The notes under the pieces were generated by a model. That model ran no database searches, was not told the DNA's origin, and saw only the letters and a list, made by a program, of their open reading frames with translations. A stretch of 24,000 nt of DNA from Candidatus Scatomorpha sp. GTDB lineage: Bacteria > Bacillota > Clostridia > Oscillospirales > Oscillospiraceae. The position numbers and the translations under genes are program-made. The stretch is taken from positions 144,528 to 168,527 of the forward strand of contig JAXGSB010000001.1 of NCBI GenBank assembly GCA_040765295.1, in the 5' to 3' direction. Below, piece after piece: positions 8,120-15,615 of this stretch; the stretch's first letter is position 1; each line of letters begins with the position of its first letter.

Positions 8120-8279
8120 AAAAAAGAAAACGAGTGCAAAAGGCACCCGCAAAGCATCACAAGGCAGCAAATCTGCCCTTGATATAGACCTCTTCGAAAA
8201 ATCTTGAGGTGAGAGTGGCGGAGCCCTCTGCTTTATTTTGAAGCATCGGAATTTTAACATCAATTTTTAAGTCTGTCAA
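8120..8279 (-). promoter_or_regulatory. infC operon promoter plus L20-leader-like transcription attenuator
   Basis: On the minus strand: TTGACA (8279-8274), 17 nt spacer, TGT-TAAAAT (8256-8251). A leader of about 120 nt follows and ends in the hairpin CGGGTGC-CTTTT-GCACTCG (8149-8131) plus TTTTCTTTTTT immediately before the SD. This layout matches L20-mediated attenuation known in Firmicutes. Confidence 0.6.
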
Positions 8280-8314
8280 GTTTTTGTATAAAAAACCGCA
8301 ACTTAGCAAGAATA

Positions 8315-8342
8315 TTGAAAAATCACGTGATTGTGGTAAAAT
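8315..8342 (+). promoter_or_regulatory. Putative sigma-A promoter of hprK-murB-rapZ-yvcK-whiA
   Basis: TTGAAA (8315-8320), 16 nt spacer, TGG-TAAAAT extended -10 (8334-8342), about 28 nt upstream of the hprK ATG. Confidence 0.5.
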
Positions 8343-8369
8343 ATTCCAAAGCCTAAGGAGAGAAGTACA

Positions 8370-9308
8370 ATGAAAAAATATTCTGTATTACTTCAAGACG
8401 TCGTTAAGACAAAGGAGCTCCACGTATTCTACAAATCCGAAACCTACTCCGAACAGAAAATATATATCCCGGATATAAACAGGCCGGCTCTGCAGCTTGC
8501 CGGGTTTTACACATATTTTGATGAAAAACGTCTTCAAGTAATAGGCCGAGTTGAGGGCACCTATTTGGAGGGACTGAGCGATGAGCGCCGTAAGGCCGCG
8601 CTTATGAATCTCCTTAAATACAATATACCCGGACTGATATTCTGCCACAATGTAGAGCCCTTTCCCGAGGTCTATGAATTGGCTCAAATCTACGGCAAAA
8701 ACATCCTGGTTACGGATGAAGATACATCCACATTCATAGCCGACCTCATTGACTATCTAAGAACGGAACTCGCCCCCAGAGAGACTCTGCACGGAGTTTT
8801 GATAGAGGTTCACGGCGAGGGTCTGCTCATAAGGGGCGACTCGGGTATAGGTAAAAGCGAGACGGCGCTCGAGCTCATAAAGCGCGGTCACAGACTCATA
8901 GCCGACGACGCTGTCGAGATAAGAAGGGTATCGAACAATGAAATAAACGGGACAGCTCCGGAGATTATCCGCTATTATATGGAGCTTCGGGGCATAGGAG
9001 TAATCGATGTGCAAAGAATCTTCGGGGTCGGGGCGATAAAGCCCAGCACCAATATCGATCTCATAGTAGACTTTGAGTTCTGGGACGATAAAAAAACCTA
9101 CGACAGGCTGGGCGTCGCCACCGAGTATGATCAGCTTTTGGGAGTTAAGCTCCCGAGAATAACGATACCCGTGAGACAGGGACGAAACCTAGCCGTCATA
9201 TTGGAGCTGGCCGCAATCAACAACAGACAGAAGAAGATGGGTTACAATGCGGCTGAGGAGCTGGCAAAGAAGTACGATAAACTTGTTTCCGAGGGCATGG
9301 TAGATTGA
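8370..9308 (+). CDS. hprK: HPr kinase/phosphorylase
   Basis: P-loop GDSGIGKSETALELIKRGHRLIADD and the downstream signature ELRGIGVIDV. Confidence 0.96.
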   Translation: MKKYSVLLQDVVKTKELHVFYKSETYSEQKIYIPDINRPALQLAGFYTYFDEKRLQVIGRVEGTYLEGLSDERRKAALMNLLKYNIPGLIFCHNVEPFPEVYELAQIYGKNILVTDEDTSTFIADLIDYLRTELAPRETLHGVLIEVHGEGLLIRGDSGIGKSETALELIKRGHRLIADDAVEIRRVSNNEINGTAPEIIRYYMELRGIGVIDVQRIFGVGAIKPSTNIDLIVDFEFWDDKKTYDRLGVATEYDQLLGVKLPRITIPVRQGRNLAVILELAAINNRQKKMGYNAAEELAKKYDKLVSEGMVD

Positions 9309-10231
9309 AATATACAAGGATTTCCGAAAATGCGGCAGATGAGATAAGCAGAAGATTGCCTAAGCTTCATATGCTCAGAGACGAGGATATGAAAAAACAC
9401 TGCTCTTTCAAGATTGGCGGAAAAGTCAGAGCGCTTGCCGAACCCGAGAGTGAGGATGAGCTAATTGCCCTGCTCTCGGCGCTTAAAGAAATGGGTATTC
9501 GCCCGCTCATAATGGGCAGAGGAACAAATATCCTCTTTAAAGACTCCTATATGGACTTTCTTATACTCAGAATCCACGACAGAATGAGCGGAGTTAGGCG
9601 AAAAGACGAAAGCCTTCTTGCTCTTGCCGGAACAAGTCTTCGCACACTCGCCGAAAGCGCAAAAAAAGAGGGTCTTTCGGGCCTCGAATTTGCGGGCGAG
9701 ATTCCGGGCGGCCTGGGCGGGGCCGTATTTATGAACGCCGGCGCCTTCGGCGGCGAGATGAAAGACGTTGTTTCATCCGTCTTCTCCATAGGCGAGAATC
9801 TCTCTCTTAAAGAGCGCACAAATGAAGAGCTGGACTTTTCCTACAGACACTCGGTGTTTGAGGAAAAAGAGGACGAGTGCATAGTCAAGGTGAAGCTTTC
9901 TTTAAGTGTTGCGTCAACCGAAGAAATAGCCGAAAAAATGAGAGAAATCTGCGAAAAGCGCCGCAGCTCTCAGGTGATAAAGTTTCCCTCGGCGGGCAGT
10001 TTCTTCAAAAGACCCGAGGGATATTTTGCCGCCAAGTTCATAGACGAGGCGGGACTGAAGGGTTTAAGAGTCGGAGACGCCATGATTTCGGAGATGCACG
10101 CGGGCTTTCTTGTAAACGTGGGTTCTGCCACGGCGGCAGACGTTCTAAGGCTTATGGAAAAGGTGCAGAGCGAAGTTTTAAAGAAGTTCGGCGTTGAGCT
10201 CAAGCCCGAAGTCAGGATAATTGGAGGATGA
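9305..10231 (+). CDS. murB: UDP-N-acetylenolpyruvoylglucosamine reductase
   Basis: FKIGGKVRALAEP...GRGTNILF FAD-binding region and the C-terminal GSFFKRP / AGFLVN motifs. The TTG start overlaps the hprK stop. Confidence 0.93.
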   Translation: MKYTRISENAADEISRRLPKLHMLRDEDMKKHCSFKIGGKVRALAEPESEDELIALLSALKEMGIRPLIMGRGTNILFKDSYMDFLILRIHDRMSGVRRKDESLLALAGTSLRTLAESAKKEGLSGLEFAGEIPGGLGGAVFMNAGAFGGEMKDVVSSVFSIGENLSLKERTNEELDFSYRHSVFEEKEDECIVKVKLSLSVASTEEIAEKMREICEKRRSSQVIKFPSAGSFFKRPEGYFAAKFIDEAGLKGLRVGDAMISEMHAGFLVNVGSATAADVLRLMEKVQSEVLKKFGVELKPEVRIIGG

Positions 10232-10232
10232 T

Positions 10233-11102
10233 ATGCAGATACTTTTGATTTCAGGTCTCTCCGGCGCAGGAAAGACAAGAGTTGCAAATATTTTAGAGGA
10301 CATGGACTATTACTGCGTAGACAACATGCCCATAGCCCTCTTGCCTCGATTTGTTGAGCTCTGCAGCGCAACCAAGGGCAGGTACGACAAGGTCGGTCTT
10401 GTGGTAGATACGAGAGAGCGCGGGGATCTGGGCCAGTTTTTCAACATTATCGAAGAGCTTGAATCGCAGGACATAGAGCTCTCCCTTCTTTTCATAGAGG
10501 CAAACAACAAAACCTTGGTGACGCGCTTTAAGGAGTCGAGGCGCCCGCATCCGCTGCAAAGCAAGGACGTGGAGCTCGAGGCGGCCATTGAGAAAGAGCG
10601 CGAAGTTCTCTCCTTCATAAGGGAGCGAGCCGACAAGATTATCAGTACCGACGGATTCTCTATCGCGCATCTCCAGAAGACCGTAACCGAGGCGTTCTCT
10701 TCGGGAGAGGAGAGCAAGAGCATGATGCTCAACATCAAGGCCTTCGGATATAAGTACGGACTTCCCACCGACGCAGACCTTGTCTTCGACGTGAGGTTTT
10801 TGCCGAACCCCTTCTATGTTGAAGAGCTTCGGAATCTCACGGGCATGGATAACGAGGTCTATGATTTTGTTATGAGTTACCCCTCCGCTTGTGAATTTTT
10901 AGAGAAGCTCACGGAGCTCTTTTCGTTCCTGATACCCAAGTATGTGGAAGACGGAAGGTATTCCCTCACCGTGGGCATAGGATGTACCGGCGGCAGGCAC
11001 CGCTCCGTCACAATCGCAAGGGCTTTGGCCGAGAGGCTTTCCGAAAAGCAGGGCATAAGTGTTCAGCTTTCTTGCCGCGATATCGACAGAAACGGAGCTT
11101 AA
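10233..11102 (+). CDS. rapZ: RNase adapter protein RapZ (YvcJ family P-loop NTPase)
   Basis: MQILLISGLSGAGKT Walker A, VFDVRFLPNPFY, GCTGGRHRSV. The ATG at 10233 follows GGAGG (10223-10227); the track start at 10221 is a TTG inside the RBS. Confidence 0.95.
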   Translation: MQILLISGLSGAGKTRVANILEDMDYYCVDNMPIALLPRFVELCSATKGRYDKVGLVVDTRERGDLGQFFNIIEELESQDIELSLLFIEANNKTLVTRFKESRRPHPLQSKDVELEAAIEKEREVLSFIRERADKIISTDGFSIAHLQKTVTEAFSSGEESKSMMLNIKAFGYKYGLPTDADLVFDVRFLPNPFYVEELRNLTGMDNEVYDFVMSYPSACEFLEKLTELFSFLIPKYVEDGRYSLTVGIGCTGGRHRSVTIARALAERLSEKQGISVQLSCRDIDRNGA

Positions 11103-11103
11103 A

Positions 11104-12093
11104 ATGAGCAGGCATTATATGACCCGCATAGTTGCCATAGGAGGAGGTACCGGACTTTCGGTGATGCTCCGAGGACTCAAGGCCTACAGCGAAAATCTCT
11201 GCGCCGTGGTCACTGTCAGCGACGACGGCGGCGGCTCCGGTATGCTGAGAGAAGACCTGGGCATGCCGCCTCCGGGAGATATTCGCAACTGCCTCAAGGC
11301 GCTGGCCAATACCGAGCAGCTCATGGAGGAGCTTTTGGACTACAGATTCAGCGAAGGCAGTTTAAAAGGTCAGAGTTTCGGAAATCTTTTTTTGGCCGCC
11401 CTCAACGGCATGAGCAAGAGCTTCGACGAAGCGGTATATAAAATGAGCCAGGTTCTGGCCATAACCGGCAGGGTTTTGCCGGTTTCAAACGAAGATATAA
11501 GACTTTCGGCAATTTTCGACGACGGATCAACCGTCGATGGTGAAAGCCGCATAGCCGAATATAAGCAGGGCAATATAAAGCGCATTGAGAAGGTCTTTCT
11601 AAGACCCGAAAAACCGAAGGCGATTCCCGAAGTCATAGAGGCCATAGAAAAGGCCGAGCTCATTATCATGGGGCCGGGCTCTCTTTATACCTCCGTCATA
11701 CCCAATCTCCTGGTCGACGGGGTTTCCGCGGCGATAAAACGCTCCAAGGCCATGAAGATCTATGTCATGAATCTTATGACGCAGGAGGGAGAAACAGAGG
11801 ACTGCACCGCCTCGGAGCATGTGAAGGCCATCTTCGATGCAGCCGAGGGCAAGGTCTTCGACTATGTAATTGCCGATGTGAGCCGCATTCCGGCCATGGT
11901 ATTGGACAGGTACGCGGAAACGGGAAACAGTCAAGTAGTTTTGGATAAAGAGGAGCTCTCTAAGCTGGGAGTCGAGCTCATAGAGCGAGAACTGGCAGTT
12001 TGGAAAAATGCCCTTGTGCGCCACGACCCCAATGTTCTCGCCCGGGAGATAATGGCGGTGTATAGGGAGCTTTCCGAGACCAAGGTATATTAG
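11104..12093 (+). CDS. yvcK: YvcK/CofD-like gluconeogenesis factor (UPF0052)
   Basis: IVAIGGGTGLSVMLRGLK, VVTVSDDGGGSG, PGDIRNCL, GPGSLYTSVIPNLLV. The ATG at 11104 lies 1 nt after the rapZ stop. Confidence 0.93.
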   Translation: MSRHYMTRIVAIGGGTGLSVMLRGLKAYSENLCAVVTVSDDGGGSGMLREDLGMPPPGDIRNCLKALANTEQLMEELLDYRFSEGSLKGQSFGNLFLAALNGMSKSFDEAVYKMSQVLAITGRVLPVSNEDIRLSAIFDDGSTVDGESRIAEYKQGNIKRIEKVFLRPEKPKAIPEVIEAIEKAELIIMGPGSLYTSVIPNLLVDGVSAAIKRSKAMKIYVMNLMTQEGETEDCTASEHVKAIFDAAEGKVFDYVIADVSRIPAMVLDRYAETGNSQVVLDKEELSKLGVELIERELAVWKNALVRHDPNVLAREIMAVYRELSETKVY

Positions 12094-12104
12094 AGATTGA
12101 TAAG

Positions 12105-13004
12105 ATGTCATTTTCCTCTGATATAAAGGCCGAACTTTGCAAAATCCCCATACAGGCGCGCGCGGCGGCTGTGGCGGAATCTTACGGCATTTTGCTGCAT
12201 GCGGGCAGTTTCGAGCCCGGACTCATACGCATAATGAGCCGAAGCGAAGATGTGAAGCTTCGGGCGGTGAGACTGTTTAAAAAAGCCTTCAACTTGGACT
12301 TCGACTATGTTTCCGAGAAGGATGAGCCCGGACTTAAAAAGCTCCGCATGGAAGATATTGTAAAGATAGAGAAGATATACAACGCCTTCGGCTTCGAAAC
12401 GAGAGATGTCACGGTACACCATATAAATCTTGCGGTTCTTGAAAGAGAGGAGCATAAAACAGCCTTCTTGCGCGGGAGCTTCCTGACAGGAGGGACAATG
12501 ACCGACCCCGACAAGCAGTTCAATCTCTCGATAGTCTGCGCCCACAGGGCTGTGGCGAGGGAGATGAGGGCTTTGCTCATGGAGCTCGGCTTCGAACCGC
12601 TTTTTTCGGAGCGGGCGACAAGCTCGGCAAACTATTTCAGGCGCTCCGAGCTTATCTCGGACTTTCTCACCACAATCGGCGCTCCGGTGGCGGCAATGAG
12701 GGTGTTAAACGCCAAGATAGAGCGCGATATGAGAAATAAGATAACAAGGCAGATAAACTGTGACGATGCGAACACCTCCAAGCAGGTCGAGGCCGCCGAG
12801 CGACAGCTCGAGGAGGTAAGGAAGATATTTATGAGTCCAATGGGCGAGAGTCTTTCGGATGAGCTGCACGAGGCCGCCATGCTTCGCTTCTCAAACCCCT
12901 CGGCATCCATTTCGGATCTCGCTCGGCTTGCGGTGCCGCCGATAAGCAAATCTGCAATGAGCAGCCGACTGCGCAGACTTTCGGAGCTGGCAAAAAAACT
13001 GTAA
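12105..13004 (+). CDS. whiA: DNA-binding sporulation/cell-division regulator WhiA
   Basis: MSFSSDIKAEL N-terminus, FLRGSFLTGG (LAGLIDADG-like core) and C-terminal HTH SISDLARL. Conserved position after rapZ-yvcK. Confidence 0.93.
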   Translation: MSFSSDIKAELCKIPIQARAAAVAESYGILLHAGSFEPGLIRIMSRSEDVKLRAVRLFKKAFNLDFDYVSEKDEPGLKKLRMEDIVKIEKIYNAFGFETRDVTVHHINLAVLEREEHKTAFLRGSFLTGGTMTDPDKQFNLSIVCAHRAVAREMRALLMELGFEPLFSERATSSANYFRRSELISDFLTTIGAPVAAMRVLNAKIERDMRNKITRQINCDDANTSKQVEAAERQLEEVRKIFMSPMGESLSDELHEAAMLRFSNPSASISDLARLAVPPISKSAMSSRLRRLSELAKKL

Positions 13005-13007
13005 AAA

Positions 13008-13053
13008 AGATCTCTCCGCCCGCACTGAATGCGAGCGGAGAGATCTCTTTCTT
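13008..13053 (+). terminator. Rho-independent terminator of whiA
   Basis: AGATCTCTCCGC (13008-13019) pairs with GCGGAGAGATCT (13035-13046), giving a 12-bp stem, followed by CTTTCTT. Confidence 0.75.
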
Positions 13054-13061
13054 GTAGCACT

Positions 13062-13830
13062 TTAGTGCGATTTCAAATGTCGAAGACATTTGAAATCAAT
13101 AAACCACCTGCTATGCAGGTGGAATGAAAGAAAGCTTTAGCTTAAAGTAAAAAACCTCCAGTGATATACTTTCTTTAGATTTGCCAATCAAAGAAAGAAA
13201 CAAAGGAGGTTCCATCCATGGATAAGAATAGTTTATCACATACACGCTGGGAGTGTAAATATCACCTGGTGTTTGCCCCAAAGTATCGTCGACAAGAGAT
13301 ATATGGAAAACTAAAGGTAGATATTGGAAAAATCTTAAGAGATTTGTGCGAAAGAAAAGGAATCGAAATAATCGAAGCAGAGTTATGTAGAGATCATGTG
13401 CATATGCTAGTGAGAATACCCCCGAAATTTAGTGTGAGTGAAATCATGGGCTATCTAAAAGGAAAGAGTGCGTTAATGATATTCGATCGTCATGCAAATT
13501 TGAAGTATAAATACGGTAATCGACATTTTTGGTGTAGGGGTTACTACGTTGATACAGTGGGAAAAAATGCAAAACGCATAGAGGAGTATATACAACGTCA
13601 AATACAAGAAGATCAGGTCAACGATCAAATAAGTTTGAAAGAATATATAGATCCGTTTACGGGTAAGCCGGTAAAAGGAAACAAATAACCGCTTAAGCGG
13701 TCAGAGCCGCTTTAGCGGTGTTGGGAAATTAGTGCGATTGGCAAATCATTCAATGCGCCATCAGGCGCTGCTAGTAATAAGCCCTTATAGGGCGTGTGCA
13801 AACCACCGGCTAAGCCGGTGGTTATGATTA
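13062..13830 (+). mobile_element. IS200-type insertion sequence (IS200/IS605 family, tnpA only); ends approximate
   Basis: Single Y1/HUH transposase gene. Near-identical same-orientation subterminal hairpins CCACCTGCTATGCAGGTGG (13104-13122) and CCACCGGCTAAGCCGGTGG (13803-13821). No terminal inverted repeats. About 770 bp, AT-richer than the flanks. Confidence 0.8.
13218..13688 (+). CDS. tnpA: IS200/IS605 family transposase TnpA (Y1 HUH)
   Basis: HTRWECKYHLVFAPKYRR, HUH motif DHVHMLV, and the catalytic-Tyr region RIEEYIQRQ. Size of 156 aa is typical. Confidence 0.95.
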   Translation: MDKNSLSHTRWECKYHLVFAPKYRRQEIYGKLKVDIGKILRDLCERKGIEIIEAELCRDHVHMLVRIPPKFSVSEIMGYLKGKSALMIFDRHANLKYKYGNRHFWCRGYYVDTVGKNAKRIEEYIQRQIQEDQVNDQISLKEYIDPFTGKPVKGNK

Positions 13831-13833
13831 AGG

Positions 13834-14100
13834 TCAGTCTTCGAGAAGATAGCGCCTAAGCATATCCTGTAAAAGCTCATCTCTGTCGAGGCGGACAATC
13901 AAGGCTCTGGCCCCCTCGTGATTGGTTATATATGTGGGATCCTCAGAGATGATGTAGCCTACCAGCTGGTTTATGGGGTTATATCCCTTTTTCTCCAGCG
14001 ATGCGTATACTCTTTTTAGAATATCACGCTTGTCGTTGCTCTCGTCCGAGAACGTAAATTTTTTTGTCTCGTTAGAGTTGTCTCTAAGCTCAAAATCCAT
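13834..14100 (-). CDS. ireB: IreB family regulatory phosphoprotein (UPF0297)
   Basis: LKRVYASLEKKGYNPINQLVGYIISEDPTYITNHEGARALI is the UPF0297 signature. The ATG at 14100 is preceded by GGAG at about 8 nt; the upstream ATG at 14124 lacks an RBS. Confidence 0.85.
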   Translation of the reverse strand: MDFELRDNSNETKKFTFSDESNDKRDILKRVYASLEKKGYNPINQLVGYIISEDPTYITNHEGARALIVRLDRDELLQDMLRRYLLED

Positions 14101-14276
14101 AATATCACTCCGTTTCGTCCTCAAATTCTGTGTCCTTATATTCTAGCAAATTTCGGCTGAAAAGAAAAGAGAAACCCTTATATTTAAGCAAAAAAGAGTG
14201 AAATTCCAGGAAAAAATTAAAATTTACGGATTGTAGATTGAAAATTCCGACAAAAAGGCTGAAAATAAGGTGAATC

Positions 14277-14305
14277 TTTACAAAAAAGAGCCTCTTTGCT
14301 ATAAT
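14277..14305 (+). promoter_or_regulatory. Putative sigma-A promoter of tRNA-Arg
   Basis: TTTACA (14277-14282), 17 nt spacer, TGC-TATAAT extended -10 (14297-14305), about 16 nt before the tRNA 5' end. Confidence 0.6.
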
Positions 14306-14321
14306 TTTTCGAGCACATTAT

Positions 14322-14398
14322 GCGCCCGTAGCTCAGCCGGATAGAGTGTCAGACTCCGATTCTGAAGGTCGCAAGTTCGAATCTTGTCGGGCGTGCCA
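14322..14398 (+). tRNA. tRNA-Arg (anticodon CCG), CCA encoded
   Basis: Folded by hand into a cloverleaf. Acceptor GCGCCCG/CGGGCGT, D arm GCTC-AGCCGGATA-GAGT, anticodon arm TCAGA-CTCCGAT-TCTGA (CCG at 14356-14358), T arm GCAAG-TTCGAAT-CTTGT, discriminator G plus CCA. Confidence 0.93.
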
Positions 14399-14401
14399 AA
14401 A

Positions 14402-14428
14402 AGCTGCCGCAGAGCGCGGCAGCTTTTT
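14402..14428 (+). terminator. Rho-independent terminator after tRNA-Arg
   Basis: AGCTGCCGC (14402-14410), loop AGAGC, GCGGCAGCT (14416-24) running into TTTTT. Confidence 0.8.
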
Positions 14429-14534
14429 CCTTGCAGAAAAACGGTTTCCAAGAAACTGCGGCCAAATACTGTGAATATTGCCGAGGAAAGCTCTTTATGC
14501 TATACTTAGAAAAAAGTTTTTTAGGGGAAAAAGA

Positions 14535-15581
14535 ATGAAAGCTATCAAAAAATCCCTTATTTTAATACTGCTTTTAGCGCTGATTCTCCCCCTTGCGGCC
14601 TGCGGTGAGGAAGAGCTCGTCACAAAGCAGATTTTTGCCATGGATACGAGCATGATCCTCAAGGCCTATGGCAAGAACGCGGAGGAAGCGCTTAACGTAG
14701 CTATAGGCGAGATAAACTCACTAAATATAAGTCTCGACCCCGAAAACGAGCAGAGCATGGTCTACGAACTCAACAAAAGAGGTTATTGGGGCGTTGTTGC
14801 AAAAGCGCAGATGGCGGAGCTTTTAATGGCCTGCAAGGAGTACTATGCGCTGACTAACGGCGCCTTCAATCCCGCTGTCTACTCCATAGTCAAGGCCTGG
14901 GGCTTCATCGACGGCTCTTACAGAGTTCCCGAAGAGGAAGAGCTTGCAGAGCTGCTTAAATATATAAATTTCAAGCTTGTCGAGATTTCCTCTTTTCCGG
15001 GCGAGGAGTCATATATGGTAAAAACCCAGTACGGCATGCAGATAAGCTTTGGCGCCATAGGCAAGGGTTACGCCTCCGATTTGGTTATCGAGGCTCTAAA
15101 GGCAAACGGGGTAAAATCCGCCATAGTATCATTAGGCGGAAACATAAAGACCCTGGGCACAAAGCCCGACGGCTCTATGTGGACAATAGCTATTCAGGAT
15201 CCGGAAGCGACCGACGGTTTTATCGGTTATCTCAAAACCGCCGACAAGGCGGTCGTCACCTCCGGCGGCTACAACAGATTTTTTGTGGCGCAGGACGGCA
15301 AGATGTACAGCCATATTATAAACCCCTCAAACGGCATGCCGGCCGATTCGGGGCTCACCTCGGTTACGGTTGTCTGCGACAATGCCGCCAAGGCCGATGC
15401 GCTCTCCACGGGCATCTACGTCATGGGAGAGACAAAGGCTCTCAGGCTCTACAGGGAGTGCAAGGATTTCGAGCTGATACTGGTGACGGTGGACGGCAGA
15501 GTTATAGTTACCAACGGACTTTACGATTACTTCTCCCCCGACAACCCCAACTACGACTTTTCATACGCAAGCTCGAGCTGA
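14535..15581 (+). CDS. apbE: FAD:protein FMN transferase (ApbE family) lipoprotein
   Basis: Signal peptide with lipobox LPLAAC. QIFAMDT, AFNP, GAIGKGYASD and SGGYNRFF are ApbE-type motifs. The ATG at 14535 has an AGGGG RBS; the track start at 14478 adds a basic non-signal extension. Confidence 0.9.
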   Translation: MKAIKKSLILILLLALILPLAACGEEELVTKQIFAMDTSMILKAYGKNAEEALNVAIGEINSLNISLDPENEQSMVYELNKRGYWGVVAKAQMAELLMACKEYYALTNGAFNPAVYSIVKAWGFIDGSYRVPEEEELAELLKYINFKLVEISSFPGEESYMVKTQYGMQISFGAIGKGYASDLVIEALKANGVKSAIVSLGGNIKTLGTKPDGSMWTIAIQDPEATDGFIGYLKTADKAVVTSGGYNRFFVAQDGKMYSHIINPSNGMPADSGLTSVTVVCDNAAKADALSTGIYVMGETKALRLYRECKDFELILVTVDGRVIVTNGLYDYFSPDNPNYDFSYASSS

Positions 15582-15597
15582 GCTCGGGCTTTTTTTC
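15572..15597 (+). terminator. Putative terminator overlapping the apbE stop codon
   Basis: CTCGAGC (15572-78), loop TGA, GCTCGGG (15582-88), then CTTTTTTT. The stem is short and has one G-U pair. Confidence 0.45.
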
Positions 15598-15615
15598 TTT
15601 AACGGAGGCCTCCTG

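Noticed and set aside
8108-8263. N-terminal extension of the infC ORF, giving a 247-aa form that starts at 8263.
   Set aside because: The extension reads through the promoter and leader, has no RBS and an implausible sequence. IF-3 homology begins at IASTDYEINEE, right after a strong SD.
15604-15613. A 10-bp palindrome GGAGGCCTCC just before the recG start.
   Set aside because: It is essentially the SD GGAGG followed by its complement with no loop, so it cannot form a stable hairpin. It is most simply just the RBS.
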